Notes: generated by a model from the letters alone, not told the origin. 64,000 nt of DNA from an uncultured Acidobacteriota bacterium (GCA_963713825.1 CAVQNG010000003.1:1024001-1088000), one strand, 5' to 3'; counted from the first letter of the stretch, positions 1 through 11,300 are shown. A program made the numbers and translations.

Positions 1-570
1 ACGATGGTGGCCTACCACGAAGGGGGGCACGCCCTGGTGTCGCAGCTGTTGCCGCTGACGGACAGGGTCCACAGGGTGAGCATCATCCCGACCTCCAAGG
101 GGGCACTCGGGTACACCATGGAATTGCCGGAAGAGGATCGGCATCTGATGACCAAACCAGCGCTCGAGCAACGCCTGGCGGTCATGTTGGGTGGCCGCGC
201 CGCCGAGAGCCTGACCTTTCAGCAGACCTCTACCGGTGCCTCCAACGATCTCGAGCGAGCTACCGACCTCGCTCGACGGATGGTCACCGAGTTCGGGATG
301 TCGAAGGCCCTCGGGCCGGTGCGCTACGCGGCTCCGGCCGGCTCCGGCTATCTCGGCGGCCAGGCGGCGACCCGAAACCTGAGCCCCGAGATCGAGAACC
401 TGATCGACACCGAGATGCGGCGGCTACTCGATGATGCCGAGGCAACGGCTCTCGAGTTGATCGGAACCCACGAAGCTGAACTCAACGAGATTGCCCGCGT
501 CCTCCAGGAGGACGAGGTGATTGACGGTGATACCCTGGCGCGAATCGTCGCGGAGAAGCCGGCAACGTGA
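1..570 (+). CDS. ftsH: ATP-dependent zinc metalloprotease FtsH, C-terminal peptidase M41 domain (5'-truncated by window edge)
   Basis: AYHEGGH zinc motif, ALGYT, LGGRAAE, TGASNDLERAT and MVTEFGMS are FtsH protease-domain signatures. Confidence 0.93.
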   Translation, partial: TMVAYHEGGHALVSQLLPLTDRVHRVSIIPTSKGALGYTMELPEEDRHLMTKPALEQRLAVMLGGRAAESLTFQQTSTGASNDLERATDLARRMVTEFGMSKALGPVRYAAPAGSGYLGGQAATRNLSPEIENLIDTEMRRLLDDAEATALELIGTHEAELNEIARVLQEDEVIDGDTLARIVAEKPAT

Positions 571-595
571 ACCTGCTGAATCTTAGGAAACGCTC

Positions 596-2035
596 ATGAA
601 ACGAAGGACCAGAAAGATGTGGATCGTGATTGCTTTGATTGTCGTTGCTCATATTGCCGGCTTCTTGTCGTCGATCAACGCCGTGATGAGCACCCGTACC
701 TCGCAGGGGGCGATCGCGTGGGCGGTGTCGCTCAATACGTTCCCCTACCTGGCGGTGCCGGCTTATTGGGTGCTCGGGCGAAGCCGTTTCGAAGGGTACG
801 TCGATGCCAGGCAGGGCGGTGATGAAGAGATCCGACATATCGCCGTGCGGGCCGGGGAGCAGGTGAAGCATGCGCGCTCGACTCGATCGCAGGAGAGTCA
901 GTGGTCGGCCGCTGGTGAGCGGATCGCGAGAATCCCCTATTTGACCGGCAATGAAGTCGAGCTGCTGGTGGACGGACAGGAGACCTTCGACAACATCTTC
1001 GCTGGGATCGAGGCCGCCAAGGAGTACATCCTGGTGCAGTTCTTTATCGTCAAGGACGATGAGATCGGGCGCGACCTCCACGCGAGGCTCGTAGCCAAGG
1101 CCAAAGAGGGGGTGCGTGTCTACTTTCTTTACGATGAAGTCGGCAGCAACTCCCTGACCAAGACCTACATCAACGAGCTGCGGGAAGCTGGGGCTGAAAT
1201 CGTCGACTTCCACACCCGCAAGGGCCCTGGCAACCGCTTTCAGATCAACTTCCGCAATCACCGCAAGATCGTCGTGGTGGACGGCCACACCGCCTGGGTT
1301 GGCGGTCACAACGTTGGTGATGAGTACATGGGTCGCGATCCCGAGTTCGGCCACTGGCGAGACACGCATGTCAGGATTACGGGGCCTGCGGCGCTCGCTG
1401 TTCAGCTGACCTTCCTCGAAGACTGGTACTGGGCCACCGGTAAGACTCTGGAAATCGGCTGGTCGCCTCATCTCCCAGGAGGGGAGGGCAAGGATGTGCT
1501 GATCTTCCCGACGGGTCCCGCAGACCGTCTGGAGTCGGCAACCCTGTTGTTTCTGGCCGGCATCAACTCCGCTCGGGAGAGGATCTGGATCGCGAGCCCC
1601 TATTTCGTACCTGACGAGTCGCTGATGAACGCTCTGCACCTGGCCGCCCTGAGGGGCGTCGATGTGCGCATCATCATCCCGGACAAGGCAGATCACACAC
1701 TGGTATGGCTCGCCGCCTACTCGTACTTCGAGGAGGCTTCAGAGACGGGTATCCGATTCTTTCGGTACATGGACGGCTTCCTGCACCAGAAAGTGGTGCT
1801 GATCGACGACGGCATGAGCGCTGTCGGCACCGCCAACTTCGACAACCGTTCGTTCCGGCTCAACTTCGAGATCATGGCGGTTGTCGCCGACGAGGCATTC
1901 GCTACGGAGATCGAGCAGATGCTCCTCGCCGATATGGAAAAATCGGTGGAGATGCAGCCAGGAGACCTCGCCAATAAGTCCTTCTGGTTCAGGCTCGGTA
2001 CCCGGCTGGCACGGTTGACATCGCCTGTTCAGTAA
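596..2035 (+). CDS. cls: Cardiolipin synthase
   Basis: Two PLD HKD motifs (RNHRKIVVVD, LHQKVVLID), N-terminal TM helices, WRDTH and GTANFDNRSFRLNFE. Confidence 0.93.
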   Translation: MKRRTRKMWIVIALIVVAHIAGFLSSINAVMSTRTSQGAIAWAVSLNTFPYLAVPAYWVLGRSRFEGYVDARQGGDEEIRHIAVRAGEQVKHARSTRSQESQWSAAGERIARIPYLTGNEVELLVDGQETFDNIFAGIEAAKEYILVQFFIVKDDEIGRDLHARLVAKAKEGVRVYFLYDEVGSNSLTKTYINELREAGAEIVDFHTRKGPGNRFQINFRNHRKIVVVDGHTAWVGGHNVGDEYMGRDPEFGHWRDTHVRITGPAALAVQLTFLEDWYWATGKTLEIGWSPHLPGGEGKDVLIFPTGPADRLESATLLFLAGINSARERIWIASPYFVPDESLMNALHLAALRGVDVRIIIPDKADHTLVWLAAYSYFEEASETGIRFFRYMDGFLHQKVVLIDDGMSAVGTANFDNRSFRLNFEIMAVVADEAFATEIEQMLLADMEKSVEMQPGDLANKSFWFRLGTRLARLTSPVQ

Positions 2036-2052
2036 AGACAGGGTACTGTCCT

Positions 2053-2072
2053 GAGAGGTGCCGGCCGATTCT
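2053..2072 (+). repeat. REP-like repeat family 1 (consensus ~AGAGGTGCCAGCCGAWTCT), single copy
   Basis: GAGAGGTGCCGGCCGATTCT matches the copies flanking the RAYT gene at 7100 and 8319. Confidence 0.65.
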
Positions 2073-2125
2073 GGGCATCGGCCCGCGGTTCCAATATTCG
2101 GTTGGTACCCTGGCTAGGAGGGTGA

Positions 2126-4693
2126 ATGCAACTCGTCAGAAGCAGTCGTTTCCTGTGCCCGCGCATCATGGCAGCCGGGTCAATAGCGCTCCTGTGCTTG
2201 GCGGTTGCCGTACCTGGAACGGCTCAGTTTGCCGAGCAGCCCTCCGAAGCGACGCCGTCGCCAACGCAGCAGCCGCCGCCGCCACCTGAGCCGAAGCCGA
2301 TCCCTGCCTCGGACATTCCGTCCCGAGCGGCCGCGGCCGCCGACATTGCACGCGAGGCCGTCACCAATGCTGCACCCGACGCCCGAGTCCAGGACATCCA
2401 ACAGGGCTTTCCTGCCGAGCAGGCAAGAATCAACCAACTCCGCGAAGCAACCACGAAACAGCTGAAGGCTCCCGGGCCGGCGTCGACAATCAAGGAAACC
2501 CAGAACGCCGTCGCGCGATCGCGCGATCGACTCGACCGCTGGCTGGCGGATCTGTCGACGCGGTCGAGCGCCCTCGACACTACCCTCGAGGACCTTCAAA
2601 GTCGAACCTCGATCTGGCGGCTCACTCGTGACAACGAGTCCGCGGCCGCGCTGCCGGAAGAGTTGATTCAGCAAGTTGCGGACACCATCGAGGCTCTCAC
2701 CGACGCCGAGAACCAGGTGCTGTCCGCGAGAGACTCGATCCTCGGCCTGCAGGCGAGCATCGCGCAGGAGAAGAGCGGCGTGGACGCGTTGCTGGCCGAC
2801 CAGCAGAGCGAGATTTCCAAGCGGACCAAGGGCCTGTTCGGCATCGATAGCCCCCCGTTGTGGAAGGCCTTCGGGGGCGAGGGTGATTCCGGCGACGCTT
2901 TGAGCCAGTTCGCGGCGATCCAGCAGGAGCATTGGCGATCGCTTGAGAGCTACGTGACCGAGCAGGGGTGGTCGCTCCTGATTTGGATACTGATGTGGCC
3001 TGCGCTCGCCCTGCTGATGGTCGCCATGAAGCGCAAGGCAACGGTTTGGGTGCAGCAGGACACCTCTCTGCAGAGGGCGGTCGAGGTGCTGAGTAGGCCG
3101 GTGTCGGCGGCTCTTGCCGTGACAGCGATCCTCAACGAATCCCTGCAGCCAAAGGCCCCGAGTGTGTGGGTCGTCGTGGTCAGCCTGGCCCTGGTAGTGG
3201 CGCTGCTGAGGTTGCTCCCCGTGTTGCTGCCCCAGTCGATGAGCCTGGCCTCTGTTCTGGTCGCGCTGCTCTACCTCATGCGACGGGCAGTCAGGCTGGC
3301 GCCTGAGGGGTTCGTCGTCCACCGGTTGGCACTACTGTTCCTGGCGGCCGTGGGTATCGTGACCTGTGTCTGGGTGATCCACGTTCTGAAGACGGATCCC
3401 GGGAGGCTGTCGAAGGCCTGGCATCGTGCTGTCCTTCTTGGTGCGCGTGCGGCACTTGCCCTGTTTACAGTCGGCGCGCTCGCGGATGTCATCGGCAGCG
3501 TCGAGTTCTCGGCGCTGGCGCTCACGGGAACGGCATACGCCTTGCTCGCCGCCGTCTTGATCTGGGTGGTGAGTGTGATTCTACGGTCGATGGTGCGGAT
3601 CGTGCTCCTTTCCGACGCTGCTCGCCGGTCGGGGATTGCGCCGGACCATTCGGAGACGGTCCGCAGGACGGTCTTCCGCTTCATCAGCGTCTTGGCGGTG
3701 GTCTGGTGGGTGGTGGCTGTGCTCAAGAGCTTTTTCCTCTTGGACCCCCTGCTCCTCGACGTTCGTCATGCCCTCGATTGGAAGCTCGCGGTCGGTGAAT
3801 TCTCCATAGCTCCCGGCGACATTCTGATCTTCGGTTTCACCATCTGGCTGTCGATGAAGCTCGCCACCTTCGTCCAGTTCATCCTCAACGTCGATCTGCT
3901 GCCCCGGGTCGATCTGCCCCGCGGTGTGCCCCAGACGATCTCGCGACTGGCGCGTTACGCGGTGATCACTGTCGGAGCTGTGGTCGCGAGTGCGGCAGCC
4001 GGCCTGGATATCAGCAAGGTCACGATCATCGTCGGAGCACTCGGTGTAGGCATCGGCTTCGGACTGCAGAACATCGTCAACAACTTCGTATCGGGCCTGA
4101 TCCTGCTCTTCGAACGACCGATCCGGGTTGGCGATACGCTCGACCTCCACAACACCGGCGGCGTGGTGGAGACGATCGGCATGCGGGCCAGCATCGTCAA
4201 CACCTGGGAGGGGGCCGAGATCATTGTCCCCAACGCCAACTTGATCTCGGAAGATGTCGTCAACTGGACCCTGACCCATGACCGCCGGCGCATCTCACTT
4301 CCGGTGGGAGTGGCCTATGGCACCGACCCCGAGAAGGCCGCGCAACTGATCGTCGATGTCGCCCACGATCACAAAGCTGTCGACGCCAGCCCCAAGCCGA
4401 TCTGCCTGTTCGTCGGGTTCGGCGACAGCTCGCTCGATCTCGAGCTGCGCGCCTGGGCCGCAGGGTCGGACTTCCTGCAAGTTGCCAGCGACCTGCGGTT
4501 CACCATTGTTCGCAAATTGACCGAGGCCGGGATCGAGATCCCCTTCCCCCAACGCGAGATCCACCTCCACAACTCCACGCAGGTGCCAGCCGTTTCTGAA
4601 ACCGCAGCCGAATTGACCACCGATTCGAGCTCCAAGCCGGGCCCAGGGGCAGAGCAAAAGACCGTCGAATCGAAGGAGAGGACTGATGATTAG
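2126..4693 (+). CDS. Large MscS/MscK-like mechanosensitive channel
   Basis: Signal peptide, coiled-coil periplasmic region, many TMs, GALGVGIGFGLQNIVNNFVSGLILLFERPIRVGD and GIEIPFPQR. Confidence 0.9.
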   Translation: MQLVRSSRFLCPRIMAAGSIALLCLAVAVPGTAQFAEQPSEATPSPTQQPPPPPEPKPIPASDIPSRAAAAADIAREAVTNAAPDARVQDIQQGFPAEQARINQLREATTKQLKAPGPASTIKETQNAVARSRDRLDRWLADLSTRSSALDTTLEDLQSRTSIWRLTRDNESAAALPEELIQQVADTIEALTDAENQVLSARDSILGLQASIAQEKSGVDALLADQQSEISKRTKGLFGIDSPPLWKAFGGEGDSGDALSQFAAIQQEHWRSLESYVTEQGWSLLIWILMWPALALLMVAMKRKATVWVQQDTSLQRAVEVLSRPVSAALAVTAILNESLQPKAPSVWVVVVSLALVVALLRLLPVLLPQSMSLASVLVALLYLMRRAVRLAPEGFVVHRLALLFLAAVGIVTCVWVIHVLKTDPGRLSKAWHRAVLLGARAALALFTVGALADVIGSVEFSALALTGTAYALLAAVLIWVVSVILRSMVRIVLLSDAARRSGIAPDHSETVRRTVFRFISVLAVVWWVVAVLKSFFLLDPLLLDVRHALDWKLAVGEFSIAPGDILIFGFTIWLSMKLATFVQFILNVDLLPRVDLPRGVPQTISRLARYAVITVGAVVASAAAGLDISKVTIIVGALGVGIGFGLQNIVNNFVSGLILLFERPIRVGDTLDLHNTGGVVETIGMRASIVNTWEGAEIIVPNANLISEDVVNWTLTHDRRRISLPVGVAYGTDPEKAAQLIVDVAHDHKAVDASPKPICLFVGFGDSSLDLELRAWAAGSDFLQVASDLRFTIVRKLTEAGIEIPFPQREIHLHNSTQVPAVSETAAELTTDSSSKPGPGAEQKTVESKERTDD

Positions 4694-5966
4694 AACCAAG
4701 TCGATGCTATGGCCGCTTGTGGGCCTGTGTATTTCCCTCATGATCCCGGTGAGCGCTGGCGCGGCCGGGGCCAAGAAGAACGACAGGTGCGAGGGTACGA
4801 AGAAGCAGCGCAAGCAGAAGATGGAGCTGCGAAGTCTCACCGATTACCAACTCGAGCAGCTGGACGAGGAATACAAGAAGACCATTGCTGCCGACCATGA
4901 GCGGATGGCGGAGACGGTTCTGCGCCGGCTCGAGCGTGAATACAAAGAGCACCAAGAATCAGGAAAGCCCTTCATCTACGATATTCTGGTCATCTCGGGT
5001 GGAGGGGAGAAGGGGGCTTTCGGAGCCGGTTTCCTCGAGGGCTGGGGCACGATCGAATCAGGCCCGGCGGTGAGGCCGGAATTCGATGTGGTCACAGGTG
5101 TCAGCACCGGAGCCCTGATTGCGCCGTTCGCATTCGCCGACACCCAGGAAGAATACGTCGAGGTTTCCAAGTTCTACGCCAACCCCGAGCCGAATTGGGT
5201 CAAGAAGCGTGGGAAACTCGCGCTCCTTCCCCACCACGTCTCGATATTCAACGACTGTCACCTTCAGGACACCGTCCGGAAGGCGGTCGATCCGGCGCTT
5301 GTTGCGGCCGTAGCGCAGGGTGCGGAAAAGGACCGATTGCTGCTGATTGGCACTACGAATCTCGATGCAGGCCGAGGGCGCGCCTTCGACCTGAGTAAAG
5401 AGGCGCAGGCCGCACCCGAGGCCGGACCGTTCGAACGCTTCAACTCGATCCTACTGGCCTCGAGCGCGATACCGACGGTCTTTCCCCCGGTCGAGATCGA
5501 TGGGATGTACTACGCCGATGGGGGTGCCACCTCCAATCTATTTCTCGTCGTATTCTCCAGAAGCGCAGGACCGCTCGACAAGTTCGTGGCGCGGCACCCG
5601 GAAGCGCCCAAGCCGAAGCTCCGCATCTGGGTCGTAGTCAACGAGCGGCTGGTCCTGGCACCGGAGGTCACTCAACCGAGATGGATGGCCGTGGCGGCCA
5701 GGGCTCTGGGTACCTTGACGATGTCGAACGAGCTGTTCGCGTTGAACCTGATCAAGGACGTCGTGGAGGACTACCGCGATACTCGTGGAGTCGATGCCGA
5801 GTTTCGCATGGTGGCGATCCCTGCAGATGCCCCGTACCCCGAGACCGATGCCATGTTCGACAAGAAGTACATGTTGCTCTTGGAAGAGCTCGGCCGAAAC
5901 TTGGGTACCGATCCATCGGTCTGGACAACCAAAGTGCCTTCGGCCTACTCGTTCCGACTGGACTGA
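4686..5966 (+). CDS. Patatin-like phospholipase (exported)
   Basis: SGGGEKGAFGAG, GVSTG nucleophile, YADGG; signal peptide; overlaps the upstream stop. Confidence 0.88.
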   Translation: MIRTKSMLWPLVGLCISLMIPVSAGAAGAKKNDRCEGTKKQRKQKMELRSLTDYQLEQLDEEYKKTIAADHERMAETVLRRLEREYKEHQESGKPFIYDILVISGGGEKGAFGAGFLEGWGTIESGPAVRPEFDVVTGVSTGALIAPFAFADTQEEYVEVSKFYANPEPNWVKKRGKLALLPHHVSIFNDCHLQDTVRKAVDPALVAAVAQGAEKDRLLLIGTTNLDAGRGRAFDLSKEAQAAPEAGPFERFNSILLASSAIPTVFPPVEIDGMYYADGGATSNLFLVVFSRSAGPLDKFVARHPEAPKPKLRIWVVVNERLVLAPEVTQPRWMAVAARALGTLTMSNELFALNLIKDVVEDYRDTRGVDAEFRMVAIPADAPYPETDAMFDKKYMLLLEELGRNLGTDPSVWTTKVPSAYSFRLD

Positions 5967-6018
5967 CAAGAGGTGGTTCGAAGGCTGAATCCGGCATTCC
6001 TAGCCGGGTCGATCCCCC

Positions 6019-6056
6019 GAAGAGGTGCCCCCCGGAGAATCGGCTGGCACCTTTCT
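6019..6056. repeat. REP-like family 1 inverted doublet between convergent patatin genes
   Basis: GAAGAGGTGCCCCCCGGA followed by GAATCGGCTGGCACCTTTCT (reverse complement AGAAAGGTGCCAGCCGATTC). Confidence 0.7.
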
Positions 6057-6078
6057 GGCTTCGGGACCTCTTGCTTCC

Positions 6079-7074
6079 TCAACAGTTGGGTTCGGTCTCG
6101 GTCTTCCACTCCGACAGCTTCTCAGCGATCCTGATCTTCAGCTCTTCCTTGGCCGGTAGCGCCTGCCGGTAGATCTCGTCCGCCCTGTAGAACTGCAGGG
6201 TGCGGATGTCGCTGAGCTCGGGTTTGAAATAGATATCGGGAGGGTGTATCTCGATCTCTCGATCCATGATCGCCTGCTGCATGATCTGGACGGAACCGAA
6301 AACGGTGTCGAAGTACCCGGGCACCGACCCTGGTTCGGCTGGGCTTGGGCCGTTGATGTCGACAGCGATCACGAGGTCACAGGAATCCGTCAATACGTCG
6401 TAGGGCACCGGATTCACCGTGCCTCCGTCGATGAGCACGCGCCCGCCGAGCTCGACCGGCGAGAAGAGACCGGGCAGTGCCATACTGGCCTGGACGGCCG
6501 GTTGCAGCGGCCCGGAGTCGAGGACGACGGTTCGGCGCTCCCAGAAGTCGGTGGCGACCACGGTCAACGGTACGACGAGCTCCTCGAACGTCGTGCCCTG
6601 TTGGTCCTCGAACAACTGGGCCATGATCGACGTGCTCTCGATGAGTCCGCTGTTCTGAAAGTCGGCGTCGATCATCCTCATCCACTTCCTGATCTTCCGG
6701 TTGGCGACCACGCCACGGAGCGTGTCACTCTTGGTAATCGCCAGACGGGCGAGTTTCTCCTTCATCTCCAATGGCGACAGCCCCGAGGCATAGAGTGCAC
6801 CCATCACCGCACCGATGCTGCAGCCGGCTACTCGGTGGGGGACGATCCCGAGCTCGTCCAGTGCTTCGAGCATCGCAACATGAGCGATGCCCTTGGCACC
6901 GCCCGCACCGAGAGCGATCCCGATCTTCGGTTGCGAATCCGGTTCCGGGTGGCGTTTCTGTGGACCAGGATCCGTGGAGGATTTGGCCAGGGGCATCCTG
7001 CCTGTTCCAAACCGAGTGACTGCAGTCGCTGCCGCGAGCCCACGCATGAATGACCTACTCTTGATCTGCATCAT
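6079..7074 (-). CDS. Patatin-like phospholipase (RssA/NTE type)
   Basis: LGAGGAKGIAH, GCSIG, IDGG motifs. Confidence 0.9.
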   Translation of the reverse strand: MMQIKSRSFMRGLAAATAVTRFGTGRMPLAKSSTDPGPQKRHPEPDSQPKIGIALGAGGAKGIAHVAMLEALDELGIVPHRVAGCSIGAVMGALYASGLSPLEMKEKLARLAITKSDTLRGVVANRKIRKWMRMIDADFQNSGLIESTSIMAQLFEDQQGTTFEELVVPLTVVATDFWERRTVVLDSGPLQPAVQASMALPGLFSPVELGGRVLIDGGTVNPVPYDVLTDSCDLVIAVDINGPSPAEPGSVPGYFDTVFGSVQIMQQAIMDREIEIHPPDIYFKPELSDIRTLQFYRADEIYRQALPAKEELKIRIAEKLSEWKTETEPNC

Positions 7075-7099
7075 GGTCTGCTGATGCTACCTGAGCTCC

Positions 7100-8339
7100 G
7101 AAGAGGTGCCACCCGAATCTGAAAGATGTTGGGGGTTTACAGCGTCCTATGATTTATGTCTAGGAGATTACGGTTCATCCCAGAAGGCGGTGCCCTGGTT
7201 GAGGTGACGTGCCGGACCATTCAGGGGCGTTTTCTGCTGAAGCCGTCCGAGGAGCTGCGGTCCATCGTCATCGGGGTCCTGGCACGGGCGCAGAGGCTCT
7301 TCCCGATTGAGCTCCATGCCTTTGTCTTTCTCTCGAATCACTATCACCTTCTCTTGAGTGCGCAGAACGCCCATCAGCTAGCGCGATTCATGAATTACCT
7401 CAACTCGAATCTGGCGCGAGAAGCAGGCCGAGTACATGGCTGGAGAGAGAAGTTCTGGAGTCGCAGATACCAGGCGATCGTTGTCAGTGAAGAAGAGGCC
7501 GCTCAGACAGGTCGCCTGCGGTATCTGTTGTCCCATGGGTGTAAAGAGGGTCTCGTGTCTCGGCCACGAGAGTGGCCTGGAGCCCATTGCGCAGAGGCGC
7601 TGGTCGAAGGCCGGTTGCTCGAGGGTTTGTGGTTTGACCGCAGCCAGGAGTACGCGGCGCGAACCCGACGAGAAGAGATTGACCGCCTCGCGTACGCAAC
7701 GGCTGAAACGATACGGCTCGAACCCTTGCCCTGCTGGCAACATCTCTCGGAGGAGATGTACCGATGCCGGGTCGGTGAGCTAATCCTGCAGATCGAGGCA
7801 GAAACCGCCGAACTCCATGCCAAGGAGGGAACCCAGCCTCTGGGAGTCGGTGCCGTCTTGGCCCAGAATCCCCACGACAGGCCCCTGAGGTCGAAGAAGG
7901 CCTGGGCGCCGGCATTTCATGCGGCTACAAAGGTAGCCCGCAGAGAACTGGTCGAGGCCTATGGCTGGTTTCTGGGTGCCTATCGCGAGGCTGCGGAGAA
8001 GCTATGCTGCGGCGACCTCGGAGCGAGTTTTCCCGAGGGATGCTTTCCTCCACGACTTCCCTTTGTCGGATGGGTCCCTGACTTGGCGCCTGGCTAGCGA
8101 TAGGTCGGCATCTCATCGGAACGTTTGGCAGATCAGAGAGCACGAGGCAGTTCGTGGCAAGAGGCTTCATGTGTAGACCGCCCCCGGTCGACGCACTCAC
8201 TGTCCCCTTTGGAGACTCAGCTCCGTCGATTCCCCTCTATTGCCGCTTCGAATCGATGACCACGGAGTCCGACAGTGGATGAATCGTGGCCTTATACCGG
8301 TCAAGGTTGCCAACGTCCAGATTCGGCTGGCACTTCTTC
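7100..8339. mobile_element. RAYT locus bounded by 21-bp inverted repeats
   Basis: 7100-7120 GAAGAGGTGCCACCCGAATCT vs reverse complement of 8319-8339 GAAGAAGTGCCAGCCGAATCT (19/21). Confidence 0.7.
7156..8097 (+). CDS. REP-associated tyrosine transposase (Y1 HUH, RAYT-like) with C-terminal extension
   Basis: VTCRT, SNHYHLL (HUH), FWSRRY, catalytic Tyr in LRYLLSH, EGLV..PREWP. Confidence 0.85.
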   Translation: MSRRLRFIPEGGALVEVTCRTIQGRFLLKPSEELRSIVIGVLARAQRLFPIELHAFVFLSNHYHLLLSAQNAHQLARFMNYLNSNLAREAGRVHGWREKFWSRRYQAIVVSEEEAAQTGRLRYLLSHGCKEGLVSRPREWPGAHCAEALVEGRLLEGLWFDRSQEYAARTRREEIDRLAYATAETIRLEPLPCWQHLSEEMYRCRVGELILQIEAETAELHAKEGTQPLGVGAVLAQNPHDRPLRSKKAWAPAFHAATKVARRELVEAYGWFLGAYREAAEKLCCGDLGASFPEGCFPPRLPFVGWVPDLAPG

Positions 8340-11300
8340 AGTCTCGGGCGGAGGAGGGAGAAAGCAGATATCCGACCCGTCGGTGGGCAGGGGCTTCTTC
8401 AGGACCTGCGTGTAGATCGTCAGCCACCACATATAGATTCTGAAGGCCGTACCTACGAACCCCCCTTTGGTCAAGAGAGATCGATGGATCTGCTATGGGT
8501 CCCTTGATCTTGGCTGGTGTTGCGAGGGTCAAGAAGGTCCTCTTCTTTGGCCGTGGGCGCAGTGTCATGTTGAGGGTCATGTCTTCGAGGCTGATTGATC
8601 CCTTGCCCCGGGCTCGAATGCTCGAGGTGTCGAACCAGAACTCTTCGACCGTCATCTGTCCTTCGGCAACCGAAAAGGTTCCCACCATGCAATTGAGAAC
8701 GGACTCATCGGTCGGATCTACCACGCGGACCATCGACCGGAACAGGCCGGCACCCCAGAGGCTGAGTAGGGTGGTGTCGATGTCGCGGGGGAAGAGCGCG
8801 AGGCGAAAGTTCCCTCCCGTGGCTGTGAGGATCTGATCGGCCGGTACGCTCGGGGTCACCAATCGGGTCTCTAGATCGATGCTGCCATGGCCTTCCGCCT
8901 CCGGATTGAGGAGTTCGAGGATCGGGCCGTACTCCAAGTTGTCGATAGCAAGCTCCAGCTCGGTGGCAACGCGGCCCGCCTCAGCAACCAGGGTGGCCTG
9001 GCCGTCAATGTTCCCGTCGGCCAACGCCAGGCTGAAAGGCCCAAGGGTTAGCCGACCCTTTTCGGACTGGATCTCGACATGTCCACCGCCACCCGTCTCG
9101 CCACCCCAGTAGATGTCTTCTGACTGCAAGCTCAGGTCGAGATCCATCTTCGCGAGCTTGCTCGACTGGAGCTTCTCCAGCCAACTCTCCTGATCCTCGT
9201 CCTCTGTGCCGCTGTCGGGCTCCGCTGACGCCGCGGTGTCGCTCTGGGTCTCGTCAGGGGTCCCAGTATTGGCGGAGATCTCGGCGAGATGGATGCGCCG
9301 CGACGAGAAGTCGGCGGAGAGACGAGGTCGAGCACCCGTGAGGTCCAAGGAGACGCTTCCATGGGCGTCGGATTCTCCGACTTCGAGGGAGAGGTCCTGC
9401 AAGGTGAAGCTGTCAGGACGGATTGCGAGGTCTCCTGAGGCTGCTACGGGTCCGATTTCGGAGATCCGGTGTCCGGTGAACGGTTCGAAGCTACTGACAC
9501 GATCGGCTGCCAGCGAGAAGCTGAAGTCGAGGTTGTCGGGAGTGACGGGTGGCGTGAGCACAGCCCTTGTTTCCAGCTGGGCGTCTCCCATACTCAGAAC
9601 CATATCGACCGGGAAATGGTTGTCATCGAGACCCGCTTGGTCCTTGTTGTGAAGGGTGAGCTGGAGGTCGACAGGCCACTCCCAGAGGTGGCCGTCAGCA
9701 GTTACCTGGAGGGGTTTGCCAGGGGACTCGGAAATCGCCGCCTGGTCCATGGTGAGCTCGAGGGGTTTCGCTTCGTCGAGGGAAGGGGCGGACAGGTAGA
9801 CCCCCTCGGCACGACCCGACATGACCACACCTTCGTGGAGCATCTCGCGCAGCGTCTCCGCGGCGCTATCGACCTCGAGGTCGAATCGCTGGGCCCGAAC
9901 GACGAAATTCGGTGCGACTTCTCCGAGCGGGACGAGCCGACCGAGATCTGTCGCCTCGCCGCTCAAATCCAGGCTCATTTCGGGGGGATCTGTTCCCCAG
10001 TCGAGATCCAGCTCACCCCGGTAGCTGGCCTCGTCGGCTCGACCGGAGAAGGCGACTCGCTTCAGATGACTTTGGGAAACGACCGCGTCCACGACGACAT
10101 TCGAGAAGTCGGCGAGCTCTTCCGAGTCGCGGATGACTCTGTCGAGCTCGAGATGAGCCCTGACATCCGGAAGGGGCAGCTCCTCTGGCCAGATCGGCAC
10201 GTCGACGGTGAGAACAGGATTCGATGAGAGCTTTTCCTCCTCGGCGCTGATCAAGCTCACCAGTTCGTCGAAAGCCACAATAGAGGCATCGAGATCGACA
10301 AGGATGGGGGAGCCCTTCTGCGGCGGAACTTGCAGGCTCAGCGCGGTGGTGGTTTGGCCTACGCGCAGCGTGTCGAGATGCAGCTCTCGCCGCTCCGGTT
10401 CGACGATCAGCCTCCCGTGCGCCTCGTAGGAGTAGTCAGCGTCTGCCGGAACTCCCCACCAGGGCTCGAGGTCTCCGATGCGGTCACCGGTGACGTCGAG
10501 CTCCAGTTCCAAGAAGAAGTCGTCGGTCTCGAAGGAAACGCTGCCTTCGATCGATGTTTTCCCTCCCAGCCCTTCGCCGACCAGTGTGAACGGCCAGGGC
10601 TCCCTGGATTCCCAGTCTTTGCTGGCTTGCCCCTTCAGCTCGATGCTGTAGGGGTATCCCCGCAGGTCTCCGTCGAGGCTCACTTGCACGGGCACTTGCG
10701 GGCTACGTTTCAACTCCAGGCGTGTGAGGTTGAGATCGACTTGTCTTTCACCGTCGAGACTGCTGAGGCGAACCTGCGTATCTCCGGTCTCGAGCTGAAT
10801 CTCGAACTGATTGAGCATCTCGCCGAGTGTTTCACCGGAGCTCGAAGCCGACAGGTTCAGCTGTCCGACGGTGCCTGTTGTCAGGCCCTTTCCCAGGTCT
10901 GCCGTGAGCTGATCGAGGGGAAACGTGGCTGACGAGAGGTCGAGGGCCAGCTCCAGCAGACCTCGAGTGCTTGCAACCCTCACCTCCCCCTCGACGGAAG
11001 TTCCTGCCAGCTGGAGCTCGTACGGCAGGGTCAAGTGCCCGTCTTGGAGAATCAGCTCTCCCTTCATCTCTTCGACGGTAGTTTGGAGACCGTCGAGTCC
11101 CTCGATGCTGATGTCGAGGTCGACGTTCATCGCGGCCAGAGCGTTTTCGAGTAGCTCTGTTGGGATGGGCCGCTCGAAGATTCGGTATTCAGTCGCGACC
11201 TCTGTCTTCGGGTCATCGCCAGTTGGGGGAAGATCGAGCCATGGGCCTAGGTCGATTCGGCCGGTATCCAGTCTGCCGTCGAGTGTGAGCTTCTCGCTCT

